A stretch of 64,000 nt of DNA from a bacterium. Lineage in GTDB: Bacteria; Methylomirabilota; Methylomirabilia; Methylomirabilales; 2-02-FULL-66-22. Below the pieces are notes generated by a model. It was not told the DNA's origin. It saw only the letters and a list, made by a program, of their open reading frames with translations, and made no database searches. How positions within the stretch are numbered: position 1 is the first letter of the stretch; every line of letters starts with the position of its first letter. Positions 9,909-19,579 of this stretch are shown here, in pieces. The position numbers and the translations under genes were made by a program. The stretch is from assembly GCA_029580855.1 (NCBI GenBank), contig JAKPQH010000028.1:30940-94939 (forward strand). Reading direction: 5' to 3'.

Positions 9909-11396
9909 CTAGTTCGGTTTTTCCCCCCGCTGGAGCTTCCCCAAGTGCTTCCTGGCGATATCCACCCAGTCCTTCTCCGACGGGAGACTCGTCGCCAGCT
10001 CGATGTAACGCTCCCACTGCTCGATGGCCCTCTTCGGGTCCACCTTCTCGTACGCCAGGGCCAGGCCGTAGGTGGCGCCGGGGTGTGCCGGCTCCACCGA
10101 CAGGACATGGCTGTACCGCGCCACGGCCTCTTCGTACAGGCCCTTCTCTTCGTACAGCTCACCCAGGCTCAGATGCGCGTCGAGCAGTTTGGGGTCCAGG
10201 GCGATGGCCTGCTGGTAGGCGGCCACCGCCTCGTGGTAGAGCTGTTTCTCGTTGTAATAGATCTTCCCCATCCCCAGATAGACGCGGGCGTTGGCGGGCT
10301 CGATGGCCAGGGCCTTTTTGTACTCTCCGATGGCGTCGTCGAATTGTCCCTTGGCCTGACGGGCGTCGCCCAGGCCGACCAGCGCCTCGGCGTAATCCGG
10401 CCAGATCGCCAGCGCCGCGGTGTAAGCCTGGGCGGCCTGATCGTACAGGCGGCGCGGGCTCGTCACCAGCATGTCCCCCAGCAACTTGTGCGCCTCCGCC
10501 AGGTTCGGGTGGATCTGCAGCGCCTTCCGGAACTCCCCGGACGCCTTCCAGCGGTTGTTCGTCGCGTAGAGCGACCGGCCCAGCGCCACACGCGCCTGCG
10601 CGAAATTCTGATCGGCCTCCAGCGCCTTGGTGAGCAGGCCCACGGCCCGCTCGTGGGCATCCCTGGTGCCGAGCCCCTGCTCCCAGGCGGCCCGCGCGTA
10701 CGAAACATAGGCCTCCAACGACGCGGTCCCGCCGGCAAACGCGGCCTCCAGGCGCTGCTCGTCGAGTGGCGTGAGGCGCACCTGGAACTGCTGCAGGGCG
10801 GTCCGGGCGGTTCGGCCCGAAGACGCGAGAAACCCGCCCACCGGGCCGCCGGTCGGCTCGCAGGGGATGACGCGGCCCGGGCCCGTCGCGTCCACCAGAC
10901 GCGCCTGGATCCTCACGCCGTCGCCATCCGCGGCGTACGAGCCCGCGATCAACCCACGGACCTGCAGCTCGCGCGCGAGCCGGATCAGGGCGTCGTCCGG
11001 GAGCCCCTCCGTCAGCGGGAGATCCAGACGCCGCAACGCCGCGACGACCTCCGCCGAATCCACCAGACGCGCGCCCCGCATCTGCCGCAACGCGTACCGG
11101 ATGGCCTCGCCGGGCGCGAACCCGTACCCATCGGGCAGTCCATCCCCCGACCCGGTGAAGGGGAGAACGGCTATCGCCACCTTCGGGGGGGCGGCGGGCG
11201 TCCCCTGTCCCGCCAGGTCCACGCCGGGCGCGGCGAAGACCCCGGCCACAGCCATCCATACCGCCAGGCCGAGGAGGCGAGGTTGGGGCAAGTAGCTGTT
11301 GGCGTCTCCGAAACTCCCGCGCGTCCGCATCGGCGTTCCCTCCCCGACCTGCGATCCTGTCCGATCGCTCACCCCGCCCCCTGCCGCGTTCCTCAC
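9909..11396 (-). CDS. secreted TolB-N-like domain plus TPR-repeat protein
   Basis: A signal-like segment LLGLAVWMAVAGVFAAP is followed by the block VAIAVLPFTGSG...VRIQARLVD. After that come about six TPR-like repeats (AEAHKLLGD, YAEALVGLGDA, ARVYLGMGKIYY, LDAHLSLGELYEE). The GTG start overlaps the upstream stop (GTGA); an alternative ATG lies at 11330. Confidence 0.8.
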   Translation of the reverse strand: MRNAAGGGVSDRTGSQVGEGTPMRTRGSFGDANSYLPQPRLLGLAVWMAVAGVFAAPGVDLAGQGTPAAPPKVAIAVLPFTGSGDGLPDGYGFAPGEAIRYALRQMRGARLVDSAEVVAALRRLDLPLTEGLPDDALIRLARELQVRGLIAGSYAADGDGVRIQARLVDATGPGRVIPCEPTGGPVGGFLASSGRTARTALQQFQVRLTPLDEQRLEAAFAGGTASLEAYVSYARAAWEQGLGTRDAHERAVGLLTKALEADQNFAQARVALGRSLYATNNRWKASGEFRKALQIHPNLAEAHKLLGDMLVTSPRRLYDQAAQAYTAALAIWPDYAEALVGLGDARQAKGQFDDAIGEYKKALAIEPANARVYLGMGKIYYNEKQLYHEAVAAYQQAIALDPKLLDAHLSLGELYEEKGLYEEAVARYSHVLSVEPAHPGATYGLALAYEKVDPKRAIEQWERYIELATSLPSEKDWVDIARKHLGKLQRGEKPN

Positions 11397-14300
11397 CGTC
11401 GCGGCCCGCGTCGTCCAAAGCGCCCCGCCACCGTGTGCCCGGGCACCGCCATGAACCGCCTCGCGGTCGCCGGCGCCTGACGGGTCTGCCCCGCCCGCAC
11501 CCGGAAGCGTCGGAGCGCGATATCCGGCAGGAACAGGAGCAGCGCGAGGCCCAGGAGATAGGGCCAGGCATCCACGCGCACGCGCCCCGTGCGCCGGCCC
11601 TGGGTGAAGACCTGCTCCGGCGCCGTCGGGAGCGCCCCGCCGGCGATCGTGACGATGTCGCGCACGAGACCCTCGTTCACCGCCAGGGCGCGGTGCTCCG
11701 GCGAGTAGGGGACAACCAACGACGCCACCTCCGACCCGAGCAGTTTCCGGTCCTTCCGCTCGGCGACGCCCACCAGATACGCCCCCTGGTCGGCAGCGGC
11801 GAAGGACCCACGGTAGCGGCCCGGGCCGGCCTGTGTCAAGGGGAGGACCTGCCGTGTCTTGTCGGGCAGCACGACGCCCGTGGTCGCCTCGACGAAGTTG
11901 ATGAAGTCCCCCTTTTCGTCCACTGCCTCCAGCTCAATTTCGCCGCGCCCCTCGCGGTGGACGACCGAGGCAACCACTTCGCGCCGCCGGGTGGTGCGCA
12001 GGCTCCAGCGCAGCATCTGGCCGAAGAGCTTGTTGTACTGCTCCCACTTGAGCCAGAGGACCCCCCATTTGGCCTTGGCGTCGGACGTGAAAGCCACGGA
12101 GCGGCCGAGACCGTACCGCCAGGCCGCCAGGACAGGATCCCGCTGGTGGGACAGGAGCAGCACGTCCGCCGTCGGCTTCGGGGTGGCGGAGACATAGCCG
12201 CCCAAGGGCGGCGCCTGATCCCAGCGAATGTCTTGGACGATCTCGTGGCCGGGGTGGCTCGGCACCGGCCGGAACGCCTGCTCCACGATGGACGCCTTGC
12301 TGGCGAGCTGCGTCTCCAGGGTCAGGATGCGCGGGATGCTGTAAACATCCTCGGTGTAATAGAACCGGCCCCGGCCCCAGCGCGAGATCTCCGTCATGAA
12401 GCGGACGTCCGAATCCTTGCCCACGGCCACCGACGAGACGCTGATCTTGTCTTTCTGCATCCGTCGCACCAGACCGGCAAAATCCGCCGCGGTGACCTCG
12501 CCGTCGGAGAGGACCAGCACGTGACGGAGGAGGGCCTTCCGATCGTAGATCGTCTGGTAGGCCTCCTTGAGCGGCGGGAACAGGTCCGTGCCGCCGCCCG
12601 CCTTGATGGTGGCGATCTCGCGGATGATCCGGTCCTTATCTGTGGCGGGTCCCATGGGCACGACCCAGCTCCAGGCCGTGTCGAAGGCGATGACGCCGAC
12701 CTCGTTCCGCTCATCCAGGAGCTCGACGACGAGTTGCGCCGCCTCCTTGGCCAGATCGAGTTTGGAGAAGCGGCCGTCCACGCTGGTCTCCATGCTGCCC
12801 GACCGGTCGATGACCAGGACCACGGCCAGCGACGGAATCTCCACCTTCTGGCGGGCCTCCATGGTCACGGGCAGGGCGTCCTCCACCGGCGTGTGGTAGT
12901 AGCCGCCTACGCCAAAGCTCTCCTCGCCGCCCAGCATCACCAGCCCGCCGCCCTGATCCCGCACGTAGCCCCGCAGAAGCTCCATCTGGCGCTTGCTGAT
13001 CCGCAGGGCGGAGATGTTGCTCAAGATCACGGAGTCGTACCGGTTCAGACCGTCCATGCTCTTCGGCAGCGCCTCGGGCCCCACCATTTCCACGTCAAGG
13101 TGCTGTGACCGCAACGCCCGCAGCAGGTTCGCGCCCTGGTCCCGATCCTTCTCCACGTACAGGACGCGCGGTCTGCCGCGCACGGCCACCAGCCCCACGC
13201 CTCGGTTGTTTTCCTGGATCGCATCGTCCGGCGCTTCCAGCCGCGCCTGAAATATGTGAAAGCCGCCCTTGTCGATGGCCTGTTGGTATGCGAAGACGTT
13301 CTTGCCGGGCGCCAGCTTCACCGGCTGGGCCCCCACGAACTCTCCATCGCGGTAGAGCGAGAGGCGGCCGCTGGTCTCTTTGGCGCTCCAGGCCACCACG
13401 CGGATCAGGAACGATTCGCCGAACTTCGCCTCCGGCGGCACCACCAGGCGCTCGACCAAGACCTCGCCTCCGTACTCGTTCTTGAGCGGCACCGCATAGA
13501 TATCCACGCCGGCGGTGCGGGCGATCTGGGCCGCCTCGCGGGCGTTGCCGCGATTCTCGTTCCCGTCGCTCAGCAGGACGATGCGCCGCGTCCCATCCTC
13601 CGGAAAGGCCGCGATGGCCAGCTTGACGGCCGCGCCGATGTCCGTGGCGTGCCCGTCGCCGACCTGGGGCGGCTTGACGGGAAGGGGGTCACGGCCCGCG
13701 GGGGTCTCGATCACGGGATTTTCGCCGAAGACGATGACGCCGTAGCGGTCCTGCGATCCTGCGGTCTTGACCGCCTCCGCCACGTACCGCCGGGCCTTGG
13801 CGCGATTCTCCAGCGAGACGCTGTCCGAGGCGTCCAGCAAAAAGATCGCGGTCTGAGCATCCGTCTGGCGCTGCCAGCCGAAGCCGGCCAGCCCGCCGAC
13901 GGTGAGGAGCAACACGGCCAGCCGGAAAATCGCCGCCCCCCACGGCCAACGCCCGCGGACGTCCCGGTAGAAAAGAACGCCCTCCACCACCAGGACGAGC
14001 AGCGCCAGGGCCGCGAAGAGCTTCCAGGCCTCCTGCCGCACGGGAAACGTCCCCGCCTCGCTTTCGGTCGGGCGCGACCCGCCCGAGCGCGCCGGGGTCT
14101 GCGGCCGCCCGGCGATGTTCGACTCCGCCTCATCCAGCAGGTTCAGGGCGAACCGCTGTTCCCAGGTTCCCGCCCTGACCGTATAAATCCCGGCTCGGGT
14201 TGTGTCCACGAAGCCGGCCCGGCCGCCGGCGTCGGCGCGAAGTGTGTGGTTCTCGCCCGCCGGGTCGGAAAGTGTGGCTTCGCTGGCGCCGGCGGGCAGG

Positions 14301-15805
14301 TTGACTGTCAGCGGCTGTCCGGTGCGTAACTGGAGCCCCGCGTCCTCCAGACGATGAGGGGACAGCCAGCGCAGCGCATTGGACACGAAGAGCGGGAAGG
14401 CGACACGCAGGGGGAAGTCGGTCCGGTAGAGGTCGAACCCGACAAAGACGGCTCTCAATCTCCCCTCGTCCACGGCGTAGATGAGCGGCGTGAGGTTGGA
14501 CTCCAGCAGCGCGCGTCCACCCGAGAGCGGACGGACCCGCATGGCCTCTTGGATCGCCACCCGGGACAGGTCCAGGTAGCGCATGGCGGGATGGGTTCGG
14601 TCCCAGTCCACGATGGGCGGATCCTGGACTCGGCCCTGCGCCTCCAACGGCACCCCCTCGGGGATGGTGTGGATGAATAGGTAGCGGCCAGGCGGGACCC
14701 GCTTGACCTGGACCCCGTCCAGGATCACCGCGTCGTACTGGGAGCCTTTCGTGTCCACGACCTCCGGTGTCCCCTTCTCCACCCTCACCTGCCCGTCCGC
14801 CGCCAGCGCCTTTTCCAGGAACGCGTTTCCCGGGCTGACCAAGAGGACGTTGAGCGGACGCGGCGGGGGAAGGACGGCCAAGGCCCGGTTGTCCGTCGCC
14901 AGATTGTCGTCCACGGCGATCTCGGCCTTCAGGATGCCGCCGGTCTGGTCGACAAAGGGGAAGACGAAGGAGCGCTTGAGTTCGGGCGTCAGCGTGACGC
15001 GTTCGGTCTTGAGACGCCGGCCGTCCAGGCTGAGCGCGAGGTCGAACGTCACGGTCTCGGCGCTGTAGTTCGCCACGGACAGGAACGCCTGGTAGTCGAA
15101 GGCGCCGAAGAACGTCTTGCGGGCCTCGAAGGCGGTGATGGCCACGTTTCGGCCCCGCCCGCCGACCACATGCCAGTGAAGCGCCGCCCCCTCCCAGTTC
15201 GGCAGGACGGGCGGCTCGAAGGCTCCGTCGGTGAACACCTCGACCGCCGCCGGGCCGCCCCGAACCTCGAGATTCGCCCGGGCCAGCCGGAGGGCGTCGG
15301 ACAGCCGGCCCGGCAGATCCAGCGGCGCGAGACCATCCAACCCGCGCCGGATCGCCGCGGGGTCCTCGGTGAACGGAACCACCACCCGCGCCTCCTGACC
15401 CGCCGCGATGAGCATGGCCTGCTGACCCGGACCCAATCGAGAGACCGCCGCCATGGCCGCTGCTTTGGCGGCCGCAAAGCGTGAGTCAGCGACGTCCGTC
15501 GCCTGCATGCTGGCGGACACGTCCACGACGAACACGGTCCGCGCGTAGCCGGGCACCCGCACTGTCCGGACCGGCCGGGCCAGCGCCAGCGCGAGCAACA
15601 GGACGGTCAGGATCTGCAGGAGGAACAGCAGATTCGGCTTCAGCCGCCGGAACGGAGCGCTCGCCTGCTGGTCCCGGAGACTGTCCGCCCAGAGGAGCGT
15701 GCTGCTGACCACGGCGCGGCGGCGGCGGATCTTGAGAAGGTGCAGCAGGATGACCGCCGGGATGCCCAGCAGAAAAAACAGTGCCGCCGGATTGAGAAAG
15801 CTCAT
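11393..15805 (-). CDS. 1470-aa membrane protein: BatA-type N-terminal domain plus three VWA (MIDAS) domains and amidotransferase-like modules
   Basis: The N terminus MSFLNPAALFFLLGIPAVILLHLLKIRRRR matches the aerotolerance-regulator N-terminal pattern. Three DxSxS MIDAS motifs are present (VVDVSASM, LLDASDSV, VIDRSGSM). There are hydrophobic segments internally and at the C terminus. The ATGA overlap links it to the DUF58 gene. Confidence 0.85.
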   Translation of the reverse strand: MSFLNPAALFFLLGIPAVILLHLLKIRRRRAVVSSTLLWADSLRDQQASAPFRRLKPNLLFLLQILTVLLLALALARPVRTVRVPGYARTVFVVDVSASMQATDVADSRFAAAKAAAMAAVSRLGPGQQAMLIAAGQEARVVVPFTEDPAAIRRGLDGLAPLDLPGRLSDALRLARANLEVRGGPAAVEVFTDGAFEPPVLPNWEGAALHWHVVGGRGRNVAITAFEARKTFFGAFDYQAFLSVANYSAETVTFDLALSLDGRRLKTERVTLTPELKRSFVFPFVDQTGGILKAEIAVDDNLATDNRALAVLPPPRPLNVLLVSPGNAFLEKALAADGQVRVEKGTPEVVDTKGSQYDAVILDGVQVKRVPPGRYLFIHTIPEGVPLEAQGRVQDPPIVDWDRTHPAMRYLDLSRVAIQEAMRVRPLSGGRALLESNLTPLIYAVDEGRLRAVFVGFDLYRTDFPLRVAFPLFVSNALRWLSPHRLEDAGLQLRTGQPLTVNLPAGASEATLSDPAGENHTLRADAGGRAGFVDTTRAGIYTVRAGTWEQRFALNLLDEAESNIAGRPQTPARSGGSRPTESEAGTFPVRQEAWKLFAALALLVLVVEGVLFYRDVRGRWPWGAAIFRLAVLLLTVGGLAGFGWQRQTDAQTAIFLLDASDSVSLENRAKARRYVAEAVKTAGSQDRYGVIVFGENPVIETPAGRDPLPVKPPQVGDGHATDIGAAVKLAIAAFPEDGTRRIVLLSDGNENRGNAREAAQIARTAGVDIYAVPLKNEYGGEVLVERLVVPPEAKFGESFLIRVVAWSAKETSGRLSLYRDGEFVGAQPVKLAPGKNVFAYQQAIDKGGFHIFQARLEAPDDAIQENNRGVGLVAVRGRPRVLYVEKDRDQGANLLRALRSQHLDVEMVGPEALPKSMDGLNRYDSVILSNISALRISKRQMELLRGYVRDQGGGLVMLGGEESFGVGGYYHTPVEDALPVTMEARQKVEIPSLAVVLVIDRSGSMETSVDGRFSKLDLAKEAAQLVVELLDERNEVGVIAFDTAWSWVVPMGPATDKDRIIREIATIKAGGGTDLFPPLKEAYQTIYDRKALLRHVLVLSDGEVTAADFAGLVRRMQKDKISVSSVAVGKDSDVRFMTEISRWGRGRFYYTEDVYSIPRILTLETQLASKASIVEQAFRPVPSHPGHEIVQDIRWDQAPPLGGYVSATPKPTADVLLLSHQRDPVLAAWRYGLGRSVAFTSDAKAKWGVLWLKWEQYNKLFGQMLRWSLRTTRRREVVASVVHREGRGEIELEAVDEKGDFINFVEATTGVVLPDKTRQVLPLTQAGPGRYRGSFAAADQGAYLVGVAERKDRKLLGSEVASLVVPYSPEHRALAVNEGLVRDIVTIAGGALPTAPEQVFTQGRRTGRVRVDAWPYLLGLALLLFLPDIALRRFRVRAGQTRQAPATARRFMAVPGHTVAGRFGRRGPRR

Positions 15806-16692
15806 CGCAGGAACCCGCCTCGTCGCAGATGGTGCAGGATCAACTCTTGAAACGGCACCGCGGTGCTGGTGCGCAGGTAATCGATGCCGTGCCGGCTACA
15901 AAAACCCTCGGCCGCCTCGAAGTGGTGCGCCAGACGCTCCCGGTACCGCTCGAGCGCCCGGCGGTCCACGCTGACCTCGCGCGCGGCTCCGCCTTCGGCA
16001 TCCACCAGCGTGAGGTCGCCCTGAAACCCGGGTTCCAGCTCGTCCTCGCTCACCACGTGCAGCAAGAATACGTCGAACCTCCGCTGCAGGAGTGCCTTCA
16101 ACCCGTCGGCGTACCCGCCGGCGTCCAGGAGATCGGTCAGGACCACCGCGACGCCGGGCATGCGGCTCCGCACGGCGTAGCGCGCCAGACAGCGGTTCAG
16201 CGCCGTCGGACCACTCGCCTCGACGCCGGCGAGGAAGTCCATGATGGGCAGAATCTGCCCGCGGCCCCGCAAGGGTCGGAGCATCCGGGTCACATCATCG
16301 GTGAGCAGGCCCAGCGCCACGCGCTCCAGATTCGTGAGGCCGATGTAGCCCAGCGCCGCCGCCACGCGCACCGCGAAGTCCAGCTTCGGCGGGTTACCGA
16401 ACCCCATGGACGCGCTGCCATCCACCAGCAGGTGGAGGCACATGTCCTCTTCCTCGACGTACAGCTTGAGGAGCAGCTTGTCCAGGCGGCTGTAGATGTT
16501 CCAGTCCACGTACCGGAGATCGTCGCCCACCGCGTACGGGCGGTAGTCCATAAACTCGACGCCCGCCCCCTTCCGATTGGTCCGCCGCTCGCCCTTGGCC
16601 TGGCCGGTGCTCACGCGACGCGACACGATGGACAGTTCGTCCAGCCGTTTGAGGAAATCGCGATCGAAGAGGCGACGCGTCGATTCGGTCAT
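15802..16692 (-). CDS. DUF58 family protein (MoxR-associated, VWA-like)
   Basis: The 296-aa ORF has the typical block GAGVEFMDYRPYAVGDDLRYVDWNIYSRLDKLLLKLY...LLVDGSASM. Confidence 0.88.
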   Translation of the reverse strand: MTESTRRLFDRDFLKRLDELSIVSRRVSTGQAKGERRTNRKGAGVEFMDYRPYAVGDDLRYVDWNIYSRLDKLLLKLYVEEEDMCLHLLVDGSASMGFGNPPKLDFAVRVAAALGYIGLTNLERVALGLLTDDVTRMLRPLRGRGQILPIMDFLAGVEASGPTALNRCLARYAVRSRMPGVAVVLTDLLDAGGYADGLKALLQRRFDVFLLHVVSEDELEPGFQGDLTLVDAEGGAAREVSVDRRALERYRERLAHHFEAAEGFCSRHGIDYLRTSTAVPFQELILHHLRRGGFLR

Positions 16693-16740
16693 CCCTCACT
16701 GCTCCTGCGGCGCCGTGCAGTCCGGAGAGCCCTGCCGGCC

Positions 16741-18180
16741 CTAGCGGGGCTCCAAGGCCTTGAAGTACTCCTTGACCTGCTCCCGATAGCTGAACGGGAT
16801 CGGCTCCTTGGTCAACGCTTCTTCCATCTGCTTCCGGTACTGGGAAAACAGGTCGAGATACGGAAGGCGCGAGGGGTTTTGCGCGCCCAGCCCTGACAGG
16901 TTGGTGTCGTATGCTTCCGTCCGGCCCTCCCGCGGGTCGCCCTCCAGTGTGGAGTCCTGCTTGTCCCCCCCGATCCGCTGCGTGGGATCCCCCCGCGTCT
17001 GGAGCGACTTCTCCGTGCCGGGCGACGAGCCGCCGGGGCTTCCGTCCTCGCGACCGTGGTCGCCCTCGCCGGGGGCCTCCCCGGCACCCGCCTGGCGCGA
17101 CGGCGCGTCTCGCAGCCCCTTGCCTTGCCCGCGGGACGCCTCGTCGCGATCCCGCAGCCGGTTCAGGGCTCGCGAGAGGGCCGAGAGCATCTTGTCCTTG
17201 GATTGGCCCCCCTGCCCTTTCATCTCCTGCATCAGGTCCTCGGCGATTCCGTTTCCGCCCATGCGCTGTTCGGTTTGCCCCAGCTCCGACATAAGCCGCT
17301 CGATCTGCTCCCAGGTGAGTCCCTGCAAGCTTCCGGCTTTGAGTTGCTGTTGCATCCGTCGAATCATGACCTGGTAGGGACTCTGGGTGAAGTCGCGCTG
17401 GAGGTCGGGGATGGCATCCGTGTGCCCCAGCATCTTGAGCCGATCGTCGCCTTGTTTGACGAAACTGCCGAAATCCGGCCGCTGTTGGCTCATCTTCGTG
17501 TCGCGGAAGATCGCGGCGTCATCCCCCTGCTGGTTGTGCGCGGACAGCGGACCGCGTTGGACGTCCTGTTCGACGGCCTTCGGGAACATTTCCTTGGGCA
17601 GCGCGGGCCTCGCCGTTTTTTGTTCCAGCGGCCGCTCCTCCGAGGTCTCGCCGACGTCGGCCTCCTGGGCGGGGGGCGGCGCGCTTGGCTCTGGCAGATG
17701 CAACGGGATCGGGGGCAGCAACGACAGCGCCAAAGCCAGCGCGGCGAGCGGTCCCGCGATCCGCATCTCCCCCGTCAACCGGAACGGGAAGGCGTCGCGC
17801 GGGCGGATGGCCTGGACGCGGGCCGAGGTCTCGGCCAACTGTGCCCGGATCATCCCCGCCGCATCCCGGCTCGCCAGGTGTTCGACAGCGCAGGTCAGGC
17901 GCTCTTTTAGACCCATGCGGCGGTCGGCGAGGCGCGCGATGTGCGCCGGCCGCGCCGGCAGCAGGGCGCCGTAAAGTAGGCCGAGGATCGCGAGACCGCC
18001 GATGAGCCCGGCGGCGATCCACGGCGCGGCCGGCGACAGGATGTCCTTGGCGAGCAGCAACGGCAAGACCAAGAGCAAGCCGAAGACCGCGAATCGGCTT
18101 CCGGCGGTCACTGCCCGGACAAGACGCAGGCGGCGCGACAACCGGCGCAGGGTGATCCGGATCAGCTCTCGGTCATCCAT
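16741..18180 (-). CDS. membrane-anchored low-complexity protein of the MoxR/VWA cluster (possibly DUF4175-like)
   Basis: The ATG at 18178-18180 (MDDRELIRI) is preceded by GGAG. There are two N-terminal hydrophobic helices and a long Gln/Gly/Glu/Arg-rich region. The C-terminal motif IPFSYREQVKEYFKAL is one I recall from proteins next to BatA/MoxR genes. The family was not verified. Confidence 0.6.
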   Translation of the reverse strand: MDDRELIRITLRRLSRRLRLVRAVTAGSRFAVFGLLLVLPLLLAKDILSPAAPWIAAGLIGGLAILGLLYGALLPARPAHIARLADRRMGLKERLTCAVEHLASRDAAGMIRAQLAETSARVQAIRPRDAFPFRLTGEMRIAGPLAALALALSLLPPIPLHLPEPSAPPPAQEADVGETSEERPLEQKTARPALPKEMFPKAVEQDVQRGPLSAHNQQGDDAAIFRDTKMSQQRPDFGSFVKQGDDRLKMLGHTDAIPDLQRDFTQSPYQVMIRRMQQQLKAGSLQGLTWEQIERLMSELGQTEQRMGGNGIAEDLMQEMKGQGGQSKDKMLSALSRALNRLRDRDEASRGQGKGLRDAPSRQAGAGEAPGEGDHGREDGSPGGSSPGTEKSLQTRGDPTQRIGGDKQDSTLEGDPREGRTEAYDTNLSGLGAQNPSRLPYLDLFSQYRKQMEEALTKEPIPFSYREQVKEYFKALEPR

Positions 18181-18194
18181 GACGACTCCGGGTC

Positions 18195-19400
18195 TCACAA
18201 AATCGCCTCGCGGTCTGGGCGGCGGATCGTCCCGCCGCCCACCACGAGATCGGGCTCGACATGGTCGTAGAGGACCGCCGCCTGTCCGGGCGCCACGGCC
18301 CGCTGCGGCTCGTCAAAGGTAAGCCGCAGCCGATCCGCCGAGAGGGGGGTGGCCGTCGCCGACTGCGCTTCGTGGGCGTAGCGGATCTTGGCCCGGACGC
18401 GTGTCGGCGCCCTGAGGCCGTCGACGGCGATGAAGTTCAACGCCTCGACTTCGACCTCGCGCGTCCAGAGATCGCTGTCTTCACCCACGATCACCTCGTT
18501 GGTCACAGGGTCCAGTTCCACCACGTAGAGCGGGCGGGGGTTCCCGAGACCCAGTCCGTGCCGTTGCCCCACGGTATACAGCGGCAGGCCGGCGTGCCGC
18601 CCACGCGGCCTGCCGTCCACGCCCCGGATCGTCCCCGGGACGAGGGCCGGCCCCAAGCGTTCGCGGAGAAACGCGCGATAGTCCCCGGCGGCGAAACAGA
18701 CCTGCTGGCTCTCCGCTTTTTCGGCCACCGGTAGGCCGAAGTCTCGGGCCAGCCGGCGCGTGTCCCGCTTGGCGAGCAGCCCCAGCGGAAACCGAGCCGC
18801 GGCCAATTGGTGCTGGTCAAGAGCGTACAGGAAGTAACTCTGGTCTTTCCGTCGGTCGACCGCCCGGCACAGGCGGTGTCGGCGCGTTGCCTCATGGTAC
18901 TCCACCCGGGCGTAGTGGCCCGTCGCCAGTGCCGCCGCGCCCCAGTCTCGCGCGGCGTCGAGGAGTGTGCCGAACTTCAGCCGGGCATTACACGGCACAC
19001 AAGGATTGGGCGTCTCGCCGCGACGATAGGCGGCGATAAAGTATTGGGCGACATGACGCTCGAACGCCAGCCCGCAATGGAGGACCACATGGGGGATCCC
19101 CAGACGCTCCGCCACGGCCTTGGCGTCGTCGATGGCGGTGCAGCGTTGGCCGGGACCCTTCGCTCCGGCCCCCCCCGATCCGTCGCACCAGAGCCGCAGC
19201 GTCACGCCGACGACATCATGGCCGTCCCGGGACAGGAGCGCCGCGGCGACTGACGAATCCACGCCGCCGCTCATCGCCACCACGACACCACCTCGGGCTT
19301 CGCCAGGAGCGGCGAACACGCGCTCTTCCGTCCCGGCCGCATCGGCGGTTACGCCATCGGTTGCAGGTTGAGTATTTTCGGGGTCGAGATCGACCATCAT
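18195..19400 (-). CDS. mnmA: tRNA-specific 2-thiouridylase
   Basis: The 401-aa ORF has the PP-loop VVAMSGGVDSSVAA, plus CVPCNARLKFG and the conserved C-terminal barrel region. Confidence 0.93.
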   Translation of the reverse strand: MMVDLDPENTQPATDGVTADAAGTEERVFAAPGEARGGVVVAMSGGVDSSVAAALLSRDGHDVVGVTLRLWCDGSGGAGAKGPGQRCTAIDDAKAVAERLGIPHVVLHCGLAFERHVAQYFIAAYRRGETPNPCVPCNARLKFGTLLDAARDWGAAALATGHYARVEYHEATRRHRLCRAVDRRKDQSYFLYALDQHQLAAARFPLGLLAKRDTRRLARDFGLPVAEKAESQQVCFAAGDYRAFLRERLGPALVPGTIRGVDGRPRGRHAGLPLYTVGQRHGLGLGNPRPLYVVELDPVTNEVIVGEDSDLWTREVEVEALNFIAVDGLRAPTRVRAKIRYAHEAQSATATPLSADRLRLTFDEPQRAVAPGQAAVLYDHVEPDLVVGGGTIRRPDREAIL

Positions 19401-19579
19401 ACTCTTGGATTCAACGACACGAGGACAGCCGCCGGTGAAGAACCCGGCGGACGCACCACGACCATCCCTGGGGGAGGACCGAAAGGCGAGCCAAGCACGA
19501 TGGGGTCAGGGCTGAGCGCTGCGGGGAATCCGGGGGCGCGGCATCGCGCCTCCGCGATACAAGACCGAAGCGGCTGGGA

